A stretch of DNA of 64,000 nucleotides from Bacteroidales bacterium (lineage in GTDB: Bacteria; Bacteroidota; Bacteroidia; Bacteroidales; UBA3663). The stretch lies in the NCBI GenBank assembly GCA_017449065.1, contig JAFSKF010000037.1, positions 11,596 to 75,595 on the forward strand, written 5' to 3'. Made by a program: the position numbers and the translations under genes. The first letter of the stretch is position 1. Every line of letters begins with the position of its first letter. This document shows positions 8,384 through 18,968 of the stretch, piece by piece. The notes under the pieces are model-generated. The model had not been told where the DNA came from and did not search any database. It saw only the letters and a list, made by a program, of their open reading frames with translations.

Positions 8384-8801
8384 AGCTTGCCCAAATGACA
8401 TAGCGAAGCAGTTGCCCGATGGCCATGATGCCGGTGACTTTCCAGAAGGGAGCCCGGAGGATGCCGTAGGAGATGATAACGACGTTGCCAATGATGGGCA
8501 GACTGGAACCGAGTGCAAACCAAAGCCCTTTGCCGGTCAGGAAGTTGCGCACTTTGTCGAGTCGCCGCGGATTGGCTCGGGTCCATTTGAGCATTTGCTC
8601 GTAGGTGCAGAGGCGACCCAGAAAATAGTTAACGATAGCACCGCACCAGTTGCCCACGGTGGCAACGAGAATGCAGGGAACGACGGGAAACTTCAGAATG
8701 AGTAAGCCGCTGAGCACCACCTCCGAGTTCATCGGGAAGGGTGTGCCTGCCAGAAATGCGGCAATGAAAAGTCCGGGATAGCCCCAATCGGTTAAAGTCA
8801 T
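8352..8801 (-). CDS. YqaA/DedA (VTT, SNARE-associated) family membrane protein
   Basis: GLFIAAFLAGT.FP..SE, ATVGN..G...NYFLGR and LRY motifs. Confidence 0.85.
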   Translation of the reverse strand: MTLTDWGYPGLFIAAFLAGTPFPMNSEVVLSGLLILKFPVVPCILVATVGNWCGAIVNYFLGRLCTYEQMLKWTRANPRRLDKVRNFLTGKGLWFALGSSLPIIGNVVIISYGILRAPFWKVTGIMAIGQLLRYVIWASFTLGIWNEMQ

Positions 8802-9787
8802 GCGTTCGGTTGAATCATTTCTACAGCGCGATCCATGATGGCATAGAGTTCGCTGACCGTTTCAGCACGCAACATGGCGATGCGTGTGTCGCGAAAGTTT
8901 GGAATACCTTTGAAGATTGGCGTTGCCGCAAGATGACGTCGGATGTGCAGGATGCCCCGATATTCATCGATGCGAGCAACGCTTTCTTCTACCTGGTGCT
9001 TCAGTGCCAGAATGCACTCGCTGAGCGGCATGGGGGGCATTTCTTCACCTGTTTGCAACAGGTGCTTGATCTCTTTGAATATCCAAGGGCGCCCGAAGGT
9101 GGCACGTCCTACGAGAATGCCATCTACGCCTGTTTCTTCGAAGCGCTGTCGGGCAATCTGTGCCGACGTGACATCGCCATTACCTATAATAGGTATGTGC
9201 ATGCGCGGGTTCTGCTTCACGGCTTTGATCAGGCTCCAGTCAGCCTCTCCGGTGTACATTTGCGAACGGGTGCGCCCATGAATAGCAAGGGCTGCGATGC
9301 CTTGGTCTTGCAACTGTTCTGCCAGATCGACGATGATACGATGCTCGTGATCCCAGCCTAAGCGGGTCTTACAGGTGACGGGTATCTTGACGGCATCGAC
9401 TACCGATCGGGCAATCTGAAGCATCAGCGGGATGTTTTGCAGTAGGCCGGCTCCGGCTCCTTTGCCCGCCACTTTCTTCACGGGACAACCGAAGTTGATG
9501 TCGAGAATATCGGGATGTGCCTGCTCCACAATCTGTGCCGCTTCGACCATCGATGCTACATCCTTGCCGTAAATCTGAATGACAACGGGGCGCTCTTCGT
9601 CGAGCACCTGCAGCTTCTGCATGGTTTTGTTCACATTGCGAATCAGGGCATCAGCAGAAACGAACTCCGAATAGACCATGTCAGCACCATAATGGCGGCA
9701 CTGCAGACGGAACCCGACGTCGGTCACATCTTCCATCGGTGCAAGCATTACGGCGTGTTCCGGTAGTACAATATTTGCTATTTTCAT
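8798..9787 (-). CDS. dusB: tRNA-dihydrouridine synthase B
   Basis: LAPMEDVTD, DINFGCPVKKV, IHGRTRSQMY, IIGNGD; start reassigned to ATG 9787. Confidence 0.92.
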   Translation of the reverse strand: MKIANIVLPEHAVMLAPMEDVTDVGFRLQCRHYGADMVYSEFVSADALIRNVNKTMQKLQVLDEERPVVIQIYGKDVASMVEAAQIVEQAHPDILDINFGCPVKKVAGKGAGAGLLQNIPLMLQIARSVVDAVKIPVTCKTRLGWDHEHRIIVDLAEQLQDQGIAALAIHGRTRSQMYTGEADWSLIKAVKQNPRMHIPIIGNGDVTSAQIARQRFEETGVDGILVGRATFGRPWIFKEIKHLLQTGEEMPPMPLSECILALKHQVEESVARIDEYRGILHIRRHLAATPIFKGIPNFRDTRIAMLRAETVSELYAIMDRAVEMIQPNA

Positions 9788-9791
9788 AGTG

Positions 9792-9799
9792 CAAAGATA
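9792..9799 (-). promoter_or_regulatory. -7 element immediately upstream of dusB (leaderless-type arrangement)
   Basis: Minus strand reads TATCTTTGCACTATG. Confidence 0.5.
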
Positions 9800-9863
9800 G
9801 GTATTTTTGCGCATACTGTGCAACTTTCTATGTGAAAACATTGGGTGTTTCGCAAAAAATGAT

Positions 9864-9871
9864 TACTTTTG
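9864..9871 (+). promoter_or_regulatory. -7 element for the sdhCAB operon
   Basis: TACTTTTG. Confidence 0.55.
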
Positions 9872-9935
9872 TGCCGTTAGCGAGTGAAAAACTATACATT
9901 ATATCAACTATTCAATCATTAAAATCTATTTTCCT

Positions 9936-10646
9936 ATGTGGTTAATTTCCTCTTCCATCGGTCGTAAGGTGGTGATGAGCGTGACCGGCACGGCCCTTGT
10001 GCTCTTCCTTACCTTCCACATGCTGATGAACCTCGTCTATGTTTATGACGTTATGGTAGGAACTCCTGCTGACGGTCATTACTACGATGCGGTGTGTGAA
10101 TTCCTGGGTACCAACTGGTATGCCCTTTTGGGTACTGCCGGATTGGCTGTCCTTGTGCTGATTCACTTCTGCTATGCTTTCATGCTGACCCTTCAGAACT
10201 GGAAGGCTCGCGGCAACGACCGTTACGCTGTGTCGGGCAAGCAGCCGGTGCACTGGGCTGCCAAGAACATGCTGGCTTTGGGCGTGATTATCGTATGCGG
10301 CCTGCTGGTTCACTTGTTTAACTTCTGGCATAAGATGATGTTTGCCGAGTTGGCCGGTATTGAAGGTCAATTCGCTCCTACCGCCGGTTTCGATTGGATT
10401 ACCTACAACTTCGGTTTCGGTATTCTCGACATTGTTTATCTGGTTTGGTTCTGTGCTTTGTGGTATCACATGACTCACGGAATCTGGTCAGCTATGCAGA
10501 CCTTGGGCCTGAACGGCAAGGTTTGGCTCAATCGCTGGATCTGCATCAGCTATGTCTGGGCTACAGTCATTGTGTGCGGTTTCGTGCTCGTCCTGCTGGC
10601 CGCAGTTGTTCAGAACGGTTTCGCCTTGAATTGGGGCTGCTGCTAA
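9936..10646 (+). CDS. sdhC: Succinate dehydrogenase/fumarate reductase cytochrome b subunit
   Basis: MWLISSSIGRKVVMSVTG..LFLTFH, heme-ligand His residues, TM helices; first gene of the operon. Confidence 0.92.
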   Translation: MWLISSSIGRKVVMSVTGTALVLFLTFHMLMNLVYVYDVMVGTPADGHYYDAVCEFLGTNWYALLGTAGLAVLVLIHFCYAFMLTLQNWKARGNDRYAVSGKQPVHWAAKNMLALGVIIVCGLLVHLFNFWHKMMFAELAGIEGQFAPTAGFDWITYNFGFGILDIVYLVWFCALWYHMTHGIWSAMQTLGLNGKVWLNRWICISYVWATVIVCGFVLVLLAAVVQNGFALNWGCC

Positions 10647-10687
10647 TTAATAGAAATTTGTACAATCAGTAAATCACATTCTATATT

Positions 10688-12664
10688 ATGGCTACTGAAA
10701 ATATCATGGATCCTGCTCTCAGTCGCATTCCTGAAGGAAAGCTTGCTGAAAAATGGACAAACTATAAGGCTCACCAGAAATTGGTGAATCCAGCCAATAA
10801 GCGTAAACTCGATATCATTGTGGTTGGTTCCGGCTTGGCTGGTGGCGCTGCTGCTGCTACGTTGGGCGAACTGGGCTTTAAGGTGAAGTGTTTCTGCATT
10901 CAGGACTCTCCGCGCCGTGCTCACTCTATTGCTGCTCAGGGTGGTATCAATGCTGCCAAGAACTATCAGAACGACGGCGACTCGGTTTATCGCCTGTTCT
11001 ACGATACCATCAAGGGCGGTGACTATCGTGCTCGCGAGGCTAATGTCTATCGTTTGGCTGAGGTATCGAACAACATTATCGACCAGTGCGTGGCACAGGG
11101 TGTTCCTTTCGCTCGCGAGTATGGCGGAACATTGGCTAACCGTTCGTTTGGTGGTGCTCAGGTTTCTCGTACCTTCTATGCTAAGGGTCAGACCGGACAG
11201 CAGTTGCTGTTGGGCGCCTATTCTTCGCTGAACCGTCAGATTCAGAAGGGCAATGTTACGATGTATGCCCGTCGCGAAATGCAGGATGTCGTTCTGATTA
11301 AGGACGAGCAGGGCGTTGAGCGTGCTCGCGGTATTATTGTCCGCAATCTGGTTACCGGCGAATTGGAGCGTTATTCCGCTCATGCCGTTGTGATTGCCAC
11401 CGGTGGTTACGGCAACGCTTATTTCCTTTCGACCAACGCTATGAGCTGCAACGGAAGTGCCGCCATTCAGATTTATCATAAGGGTGCTATGTTTGCCAAT
11501 CCTTGCTATGCTCAGATTCACCCGACCTGTATTCCGGTGCACGGAGATATCCAGTCGAAACTGACGCTGATGTCGGAGTCGCTGCGTAACGATGGCCGTA
11601 TCTGGGTGCCTAAGAAACTGGAGGATGCCAAGCGCTTGCAGCGTGGTGAAATCAAGGGTCATCAGATTCCGGAAGAGGATCGCGACTACTACTTGGAGCG
11701 CCGTTATCCTGCCTTTGGTAACCTGGTTCCTCGTGACGTTGCTTCGCGTGCCGCTAAGGAGCGTTGCGATAAGGGCTTTGGTGTGAACGGTACCGGTTTG
11801 GCTGTGTTCCTCGATTTCTCGGATGCCATCAACCGCTTGGGTAAGGCTGCTGTTGCTGACAAGTACGGTAACCTGTTCCAGATGTATCAGAAGATTACCG
11901 ACGATAATCCGTACGAGACCCCAATGATGATCTATCCGGCTATCCACTATACCATGGGTGGCATCTGGGTGGACTACGAGTTGCAGACCACCGTGAAGGG
12001 CCTGTTCTGCGCCGGTGAGGCTAACTTCTCCGATCACGGTGCCAACCGTTTGGGTGCTTCTGCTTTGATGCAGGGCTTGGCTGACGGTTACTTCGTGCTT
12101 CCTTACACCTTGCAGAATTATCTGGCTGACCAGATTCAGGTGCCCCGTTTCTCAACTGATCTGCCTGAGTTCGAAGAAGCAGAGAAGGCTGTTAAGGCAA
12201 AGATCGAGAAGATTATGGCTGTGCAGGGAACCCGCACTGTCGATTCCATCCACAAGGAACTCGGTCATATTATGTGGGAGCATGTTGGCATGGGTCGTAC
12301 CAAAGAAGGTCTGGAAGAGGGCCTGAAGCTGCTTGCTGAAATCCGTAAGACTTTCTGGAAAGAGGTATATGTGCCTGGTAAGGCTGACAGCCTGAATACG
12401 GAGTTGGATAAGGCTATCCGTCTGCTCGACTTTATTGAGATCGGTGAGCTGATGGCACGCGATGCTTTGCACCGTGAAGAGTCGTGCGGCGGTCACTTCC
12501 GCGAGGAGCACCAGACACCTGAAGGTGAGGCTCAGCGTGACGACAAGAACTTCATGTATGTCGGTTGCTGGAAGTATATGGGCGAAGGCAAGGAGCCTGA
12601 ACTCTGGAAAGAAATGCTCAACTATCAGGAGATTAAGGTACAGACTCGTAACTATAAGAACTAA
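10688..12664 (+). CDS. sdhA: Succinate dehydrogenase/fumarate reductase flavoprotein
   Basis: [43 protein letters not shown]. Confidence 0.96.
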   Translation: MATENIMDPALSRIPEGKLAEKWTNYKAHQKLVNPANKRKLDIIVVGSGLAGGAAAATLGELGFKVKCFCIQDSPRRAHSIAAQGGINAAKNYQNDGDSVYRLFYDTIKGGDYRAREANVYRLAEVSNNIIDQCVAQGVPFAREYGGTLANRSFGGAQVSRTFYAKGQTGQQLLLGAYSSLNRQIQKGNVTMYARREMQDVVLIKDEQGVERARGIIVRNLVTGELERYSAHAVVIATGGYGNAYFLSTNAMSCNGSAAIQIYHKGAMFANPCYAQIHPTCIPVHGDIQSKLTLMSESLRNDGRIWVPKKLEDAKRLQRGEIKGHQIPEEDRDYYLERRYPAFGNLVPRDVASRAAKERCDKGFGVNGTGLAVFLDFSDAINRLGKAAVADKYGNLFQMYQKITDDNPYETPMMIYPAIHYTMGGIWVDYELQTTVKGLFCAGEANFSDHGANRLGASALMQGLADGYFVLPYTLQNYLADQIQVPRFSTDLPEFEEAEKAVKAKIEKIMAVQGTRTVDSIHKELGHIMWEHVGMGRTKEGLEEGLKLLAEIRKTFWKEVYVPGKADSLNTELDKAIRLLDFIEIGELMARDALHREESCGGHFREEHQTPEGEAQRDDKNFMYVGCWKYMGEGKEPELWKEMLNYQEIKVQTRNYKN

Positions 12665-12691
12665 TTCACCCTTTAATATTCATACACAACT

Positions 12692-13453
12692 ATGGGAAAA
12701 GAAAGTTTTCTGAACGTGAACCTCAAAGTTTGGCGTCAGCGCGGCCCAAAGGAAAAGGGCGAATTCAAGACTTATCGCGTTGAACATGTTTCGACTGAGA
12801 TGTCGTTCTTCGAAATGATGGATACGCTGAACGAGCAACTTATCAATAAGCACGAGGAACCGATCGTTTTCGATCATGACTGTCGCGAAGGTATCTGTGG
12901 TACCTGTTCGCTCTATATCAACGGACGTCCTCACGGCATCGACGATGCTATTACCACTTGCCAGTTGCACATGCGTAAGTTTAAGAATGAGGAAACCATT
13001 ACCGTCGAGCCTTGGCGCTCTGCCGGCTTCCCTGTGATTCGCGATCTGATGGTCGATCGTTCTGCCTTCGATAAGATTCAGCAGGCAGGCGGTTATACTT
13101 CTATCAACTGCGGCGCTGCTCAGGATGCCAATGCCATTCTGATCAGTAAGGTGGATGCCGACGAGGCGATGGATTCGGCTTCGTGCATCGGTTGCGGTGC
13201 TTGTGTGGCCGCTTGTAAGAACGGTTCGGCTATGCTCTTCGTTTCTGCCAAGGTCAGCCAGTTCGCCCTGCTTCCTCAGGGTCGCGTCGAGGCTGCCCGT
13301 CGTGCGAAGGCTATGGTTGCCAAGATGGATGAACTGGGCTTTGGTAACTGTACCAATACCCGTGCCTGTGAGATGGAATGCCCGAAGTCGGTTAAGATTT
13401 CGAACATCGCCCGTCTGAACCGCGAGTTCATCAAAGCTAAGTTGGCAGACTGA
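12692..13453 (+). CDS. sdhB: Succinate dehydrogenase/fumarate reductase Fe-S subunit
   Basis: [33 protein letters not shown]. Confidence 0.96.
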   Translation: MGKESFLNVNLKVWRQRGPKEKGEFKTYRVEHVSTEMSFFEMMDTLNEQLINKHEEPIVFDHDCREGICGTCSLYINGRPHGIDDAITTCQLHMRKFKNEETITVEPWRSAGFPVIRDLMVDRSAFDKIQQAGGYTSINCGAAQDANAILISKVDADEAMDSASCIGCGACVAACKNGSAMLFVSAKVSQFALLPQGRVEAARRAKAMVAKMDELGFGNCTNTRACEMECPKSVKISNIARLNREFIKAKLAD

Positions 13454-13467
13454 TAGAGTAGAGTGCT

Positions 13468-13522
13468 ACAAAACAATAAGCGGGTGTGTCAGAAAAATCG
13501 ACACACCCGCTTATTGTTTTGT
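13468..13522. terminator. Bidirectional terminator between convergent sdhB and mdh
   Basis: 23-bp perfect inverted repeat (acaaaacaataagcgggtgtgtc / gacacacccgcttattgttttgt). Confidence 0.85.
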
Positions 13523-13542
13523 TATTTATAAAGGAACCGGAA

Positions 13543-14541
13543 TCAGAGATTCGGGTTCACTTTGCTCCATTCGCTAATGGCAGGAACGATATTCAATTCA
13601 ACCAACTCATCGCGCATTTTGCAGAGGTGCGCGTAAGAAGCATCGAGGCTTGCCAACTCTTCGGGAGTACCGGTTGGCATCTTATAGGTGCAACCGCGCT
13701 CGTCCATTGTGGTGTCCATTGCCATCATGATGTGGTTGTACTTCTCGTCGTTGCAGTAGGTGCCAGCAGGCCAACGGAAAGGCTCGCCTCCCATCACGCT
13801 GCGAATCATCTCAACAGAGCAGTAGCTTGGGCTCTGGAAAGAGCTGCGTCCGCGAAGCTCGATGATCTTGGCGCCACCCTTGGTTACGGCTACCTTCATA
13901 GCATCCCATTCTTCCTGAGGAAACTCTGAAGTGCCCACGATCTCGGCCAAAGTGCGGTCGCCAATCTTGACTTGGCTTCCGAATACGGCCATTTGCTCTC
14001 CGTGTCCGCCAAAAGTACGGCATCCTTTGATGCTCGACTGAGGCACACAGAACTTCTTGGCCAAAGCCGACTGCAAACGTGTGGAGTCGAGGGCGGCCAA
14101 TGTGGTAACCTGATTTGGCTTCAATCCGGAGTAAAGCAATGTAACCAAACCGGTCAGGTCGGCAGGATTGAAGATAATAACCACGTGCTTGACGTCCGGG
14201 CAGTAAGTCTTGATGTTCTCGCCCAAGCCGCGTGCGATTTCGCAGTTGCCTTTCAGCAGGTCCTCGCGGGTCATACCGGCCTTACGTGGAGCACCGCCTG
14301 AAGAAATAATATACTTGGCGTCGGTGAATGCTTCCTTAACATTGGTTGTCCAGGTGACATTAGCACCCTCAAAACCGCAATGGAACATCTCTTCGGCTAC
14401 ACCTTCCAAGCCGGGAGCATAAACGTCGTAGAGACAAATATTTGGGGTAAGCTGCATGGTCAGCGCTGTCTGTACCATGTTCGAGCCGATCATGCCGGCT
14501 GCACCAACAATCACAAGTTTGTCGTTAGTCAAATAAGCCAT
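13543..14541 (-). CDS. mdh: Malate dehydrogenase
   Basis: IVGAAGMIG, GGAPRKAGMTREDLL, NPAD, LDSTRL, GGHGE. Confidence 0.92.
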   Translation of the reverse strand: MAYLTNDKLVIVGAAGMIGSNMVQTALTMQLTPNICLYDVYAPGLEGVAEEMFHCGFEGANVTWTTNVKEAFTDAKYIISSGGAPRKAGMTREDLLKGNCEIARGLGENIKTYCPDVKHVVIIFNPADLTGLVTLLYSGLKPNQVTTLAALDSTRLQSALAKKFCVPQSSIKGCRTFGGHGEQMAVFGSQVKIGDRTLAEIVGTSEFPQEEWDAMKVAVTKGGAKIIELRGRSSFQSPSYCSVEMIRSVMGGEPFRWPAGTYCNDEKYNHIMMAMDTTMDERGCTYKMPTGTPEELASLDASYAHLCKMRDELVELNIVPAISEWSKVNPNL

Positions 14542-14745
14542 AATATTATTGTATTTAGTTGTATTTACCGTTTGTTATTTGTTTTTGAGCGACTTCTGTA
14601 TTCACTATAGAACTTGCTCAAACTTGTACGGCAAAGGTAGGTATTTTTCTTTAATTTTTATGCATAAAGAACAGAATATTGAGGCAAAACCGCCAAATAT
14701 TCTGTTCTTTCTTTCAAGGTTGACAAATGTGTGTGTCATTTAGTT

Positions 14746-15819
14746 TTATTTATCCGCACTCATATTAACTATTACGCGCGAATTGCCCGGATCGTTGCTG
14801 ATGATCATCAAATGGTGAGTCAGTCGTCCCAATTTGTTTTCTGCCGGATTGTAGGTCACGGTGAGGGTGGTGCTCTGTCCGGGTTTGATCACGCTGTTGG
14901 CCAATCGTACGCGGAACACTTTGGGCATATCGTTGGCAACTTTGCGGATGGTCAGCTTGCTCTTACCGGTATTACGGATGGTGATTTCGCGAACAACGTT
15001 CTCTGTGGCACTTTGTCCGAAGTCGAGGTTACTGTCCGAAACCTCAATCTCTCCGGCTTGTGCCCGATCCTTCTTGCTCAGTTTCGAGAAATCTTCCCAA
15101 ATGTCAGCAGAAACGCTTACCACGTTGTTCTTCATCTGCGATTCCTTGCCCTTCACGAACACCTCAAATTCCTCGTTGTGTATGCCCCAATCCTTGCTCT
15201 TCGAGGTCAGGAATGTGATCAGCACTTTGCCTTCCTGCTTAGGCGGAATAATTTGCGGATGGGCTTCCAGATAGAGGTTGCCCGATACGCCGCGGAAGGT
15301 CAGCTGGATGGGTTCTTCGCTTTCGTTGTAGAACTGGAGCGTGCGGGTTCGGTTCGACCGGTTCGGATAGACGTCGAAGAAGTTCATCGATCGGGTCTTG
15401 CTGCGAAGTCCGGCACCCATCTCGTTCGTGTAGGTGTCCTCCGGCGTAGTGCTGCTTACCACATTGCCTCGAATGGTCACCTGCGTCTTGCTGTCGGTAT
15501 TATCGACAATCTGAACACTTTTCTGGAAGGGACCCGGGCGTCCTTTGGCATGATAGGTCACCTTGATTTCGCCGCTTTCGCCCGGACGGATCGGTTTCTT
15601 GGGGTATTCCGGAACGGTACACCCGCAACTCGATGCTGCACGCAGAATCAGTATCGGAGCATCGCCTGTGTTCTTGAATTCGAAGGTCACAGTAGCGTCA
15701 CCGTCTTTCTCCGAAATGGTGCCGAAGTCGTGCGATGTTTTGGTAAAGGTAAGCTGACCGGAAGCCAGCAATACCTCTACCGAAAGCAGTATGCATATTA
15801 GGGAAAACAATCTCTTCAT
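14746..15819 (-). CDS. DUF1573-domain secreted protein
   Basis: Signal peptide; HDFG..F.FKNTGDAPILI....SSCGCT.P..PIRPGESG; repeated Ig-like modules. Confidence 0.85.
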   Translation of the reverse strand: MKRLFSLICILLSVEVLLASGQLTFTKTSHDFGTISEKDGDATVTFEFKNTGDAPILILRAASSCGCTVPEYPKKPIRPGESGEIKVTYHAKGRPGPFQKSVQIVDNTDSKTQVTIRGNVVSSTTPEDTYTNEMGAGLRSKTRSMNFFDVYPNRSNRTRTLQFYNESEEPIQLTFRGVSGNLYLEAHPQIIPPKQEGKVLITFLTSKSKDWGIHNEEFEVFVKGKESQMKNNVVSVSADIWEDFSKLSKKDRAQAGEIEVSDSNLDFGQSATENVVREITIRNTGKSKLTIRKVANDMPKVFRVRLANSVIKPGQSTTLTVTYNPAENKLGRLTHHLMIISNDPGNSRVIVNMSADK

Positions 15820-15840
15820 GCCGATTTGTTTTCAGTTTTC

Positions 15841-18453
15841 TTATTTCAGTTGTCCGATGATCTGTTCGACGGCTGCGGTCAGTCCGTCTGCGTTCTTGCC
15901 GCCTGCCTGTGCAAAGTGAGGCTGGCCTCCTCCGCCGCCCTGAATCAGTTTGGCGGCTTCCTTCACCAGTTTCGAAGCATTGATGCCTGCTGCCTTAGCG
16001 TCGTCGCCGACGGCTACGGTAAGCATCGGTTTGCCCTGATGTTGTGTGCCACCTACGAAAATAAGGTTGGCGTTCTCCATTCGGAGTTGGAAGGCGAGGT
16101 TCTTCACGTCAGCCGGATCGGCCGGTCCTTCGTAGCGGATCAGTTTGAATCCGTTGGCGTCGGTGGCTTTGCTCAGCAACAGTTTCTTCACTTCCTGAAC
16201 TTTCTCTTGCTTGAACTCTTCCACCTGTTTCTTGAGCTGGCTGTCTTCATCAAGCACTTTCTGGATGGTTTGTATCAGGTTGGGAGCATTGTTGAACAGC
16301 TCGCGCAAGCTCTTCACCATATCCTGCTGGGCGTCGAGCATATCTTCGACGGCTTTGCCTGTAATGGCTTCAATGCGACGCACGCCGGCAGCTACAGAAC
16401 TCTCGCTCAGGATGCGGATCATACCGATGCGACCTGTGTTCGGAGCGTGGCAGCCGCCGCAAAGCTCGATGCTCGGACCGAATTTCACTACGCGCACTTC
16501 GTCGCCGTATTTTTCGCCGAAGAGTGCGATGGCTCCCAGTTTCTTGGCTTCATCGATAGGCATGTTGCGATGCTCCTCCAGCGGAATGGCTTCGCGCACC
16601 ATCTTGTTGGCCAAATGCTCCACCTGACGCAGTTCCTCGTCAGTTACTTTCTGGAAGTGGCTGAAGTCGAAGCGGAGGGATTCGGGGGTCACCAGCGAAC
16701 CTTTCTGTTCAACGTGTGTGCCCAAAACCTCGCGCAGGCAGTAGTCGAGAATATGCGTAGCAGTATGGTTGCATTGCAGGGCCATACGTGCTTCTTCGTC
16801 GATTTTGGCAACCACCGGAGCCGTGATGTCCTGTGGCAGTTTCTCAACGATGTGTACGGCCAGATTGTTTTCGCGCTTGGTATCGACCACCTTGATTACT
16901 TCGTTGCCGAAGGTTAAAGTTCCCTTGTCGCCTACCTGTCCGCCCATTTCGCCATAGAACGGAGTCTTTTCGAGCACAATCTGGTAGGAAACCTTGTTCT
17001 TTTGCTTGATGCTGCGATAGCGCAATACTTCGGTTTCTGTCTCAAAGAAGTCGTAGCCGACAAATTCGGTCGTACCGGGATGTAGTTCCACCCAGTCGCC
17101 GTTCTCGACGGCAGCGGCGTTGCGTGCACGCTCTTTCTGTGCCTGCATGTTGGTGTTGAATCCTTCTTCGTCGATGGTCAGGCCATTCTCGCGGGCAATC
17201 AGCTCGGTCAGATCGAGTGGGAATCCGTAGGTATCGAACAGCGTGAAGGCTTCTTTGCCGTCGATGATGCTCTTGCCGGCAGCTTTCGTGTCGGCCATGA
17301 TGTTGCCCAACAGCTTGATGCCGTTGCCCAATGTGCGGAGGAAACTGTCTTCCTCTTCCTTGATTACCTTTACAATCAGATCGTTCTGTGCTTTCAGTTC
17401 CGGATAGGCGTCGCCCATAGTGTCGATCAGGACAGGCAGCAGCTTATACAGGAAGGCTTCTTTCTGGTCGAGATACGTATAGGCATAGCGTACGGCGCGA
17501 CGCAAGATGCGGCGGATCACATAGCCGGCTTTGGCGTTGCTTGGCAACTGGCCGTCGGTGATGGCGAAAGCAATGGTGCGGATGTGGTCGGCAATAACGC
17601 GCATAGCGATATCGGTTTTCTCATCCTGTCCGTAGCTCTTTCCGCTCAGGCTGCCGATCACCTGAATGATGGGCTGGAAGATATCGGTGTCGTAGTTCGA
17701 GGTTTTGTTCTGCATGGTGCGAACCAGACGCTCGAAGCCCATACCGGTATCGATCACGTGAGCGGGCAGTTTCTCTAAGCTTCCGTTGGCCATGCGGTTA
17801 TACTGCATGAATACGAGGTTCCAGATTTCAATCACCTGCGGGTGGTCTTTGTTCACAAGCTCACGACCCGGCACCTGTGCTTTTTCTGCCTCCGAACGCG
17901 AATCGTAGTGGATCTCCGAACAAGGACCGCAAGGACCCGTATCGCCCATTTCCCAGAAGTTGTCGTGCTTATTGCCGTTCAGGATATGGTCTTTGGGCAG
18001 GAAGCGTTCCCAGATGGCAGCAGCTTCGTTGTCGCGCTCCAGACCTTCTTCTTTCGAGCCTTCGAAAACGGTGGCGTACATGTTTTTAGGATCGAGGTGA
18101 AGCTTATCGACCAGATATTCCCAAGCCCAGCTGATGGCTTCCTCCTTGAAGTAGTCGCCGAACGACCAGTTGCCCAGCATTTCGAACATCGTGTGGTGGT
18201 AAGTGTCGTGACCCACTTCTTCCAGGTCGTTGTGCTTGCCCGATACGCGCAGGCACTTCTGGCTGTCGGCAGCACGGCTGAACTTCTTTTCGACGTTGCC
18301 CAGAATAATGTCCTTGAACTGGTTCATGCCAGCGTTGGTAAACATCAGGGTCGGGTCGCCCTTCAGAACCATAGGAGCCGACGGCACAATGGTGCAGCCT
18401 TTCGATGCAAAGAACTTCAGGAAGCTCTCGCGGATTTCTTTTGCAGTCATCAT
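15841..18453 (-). CDS. alaS: Alanyl-tRNA synthetase
   Basis: [38 protein letters not shown] and ELCGGCH editing motifs, GGGGG; real start MMTAKEIR; TAacTTTG on the minus strand at 18490-18497. Confidence 0.97.
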   Translation of the reverse strand: MMTAKEIRESFLKFFASKGCTIVPSAPMVLKGDPTLMFTNAGMNQFKDIILGNVEKKFSRAADSQKCLRVSGKHNDLEEVGHDTYHHTMFEMLGNWSFGDYFKEEAISWAWEYLVDKLHLDPKNMYATVFEGSKEEGLERDNEAAAIWERFLPKDHILNGNKHDNFWEMGDTGPCGPCSEIHYDSRSEAEKAQVPGRELVNKDHPQVIEIWNLVFMQYNRMANGSLEKLPAHVIDTGMGFERLVRTMQNKTSNYDTDIFQPIIQVIGSLSGKSYGQDEKTDIAMRVIADHIRTIAFAITDGQLPSNAKAGYVIRRILRRAVRYAYTYLDQKEAFLYKLLPVLIDTMGDAYPELKAQNDLIVKVIKEEEDSFLRTLGNGIKLLGNIMADTKAAGKSIIDGKEAFTLFDTYGFPLDLTELIARENGLTIDEEGFNTNMQAQKERARNAAAVENGDWVELHPGTTEFVGYDFFETETEVLRYRSIKQKNKVSYQIVLEKTPFYGEMGGQVGDKGTLTFGNEVIKVVDTKRENNLAVHIVEKLPQDITAPVVAKIDEEARMALQCNHTATHILDYCLREVLGTHVEQKGSLVTPESLRFDFSHFQKVTDEELRQVEHLANKMVREAIPLEEHRNMPIDEAKKLGAIALFGEKYGDEVRVVKFGPSIELCGGCHAPNTGRIGMIRILSESSVAAGVRRIEAITGKAVEDMLDAQQDMVKSLRELFNNAPNLIQTIQKVLDEDSQLKKQVEEFKQEKVQEVKKLLLSKATDANGFKLIRYEGPADPADVKNLAFQLRMENANLIFVGGTQHQGKPMLTVAVGDDAKAAGINASKLVKEAAKLIQGGGGGQPHFAQAGGKNADGLTAAVEQIIGQLK

Positions 18454-18811
18454 ATCTTTATTTCTTGTTTTATTTTTCAAATATGCGCGCAAAGTTATAT
18501 AAATAATGTGTACGATGGTAATTTTTCCCTGCAAAAAGTGCCGGTTCGGCCGGAATTGGCGTCTCAGTGTATAGTGTAGTGGGCAAAATAAGGTTTCGAA
18601 TGAAATTTTTATCGCTATTTTACGATTATTTTGAAAGCAAATCCTTGTTTTGAATAAAATTTTGCAATTATTATTTCTGATTTTAATAAACAAAAGTTCT
18701 AAAATGCAAACTAACGCTTTCAAATTACTTTAATTTTGGAAAAATAAAAAGAAATTTGTAAAAAATATAAAAATAATTGGAAAAATATTTGGCCGGCTCG
18801 AAAAATGCCCT

Positions 18812-18819
18812 TATCTTTG
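18812..18819 (+). promoter_or_regulatory. -7 element upstream of glutamine synthetase
   Basis: TATCTTTG with an upstream TTTG (-33-like) at about 18788. Confidence 0.6.
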
Positions 18820-18968
18820 CACCGTGAAAAGTTGAAAACGTGGGAAAAGTTATAAATTAAAAGGTATTTGTGCTTGTAAATGGTTAACAATTTGCTCGCT
18901 TCTCAAACAAATCACAAACAAAAGGAAAGAAGTTAATGTTATTTGTAAAACTTTAGACATTTTTACTT

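Noticed and set aside
13468-13522. Possible IS end or MITE (gggtgtgtc...gacacaccc)
   Set aside because: No transposase or target duplication; adequately explained as a bidirectional terminator.
18454-18723. N-terminal extension of alaS in the ORF track (960 aa)
   Set aside because: AT-rich intergenic sequence containing the promoter; the conserved protein starts at MMTAKEIR.
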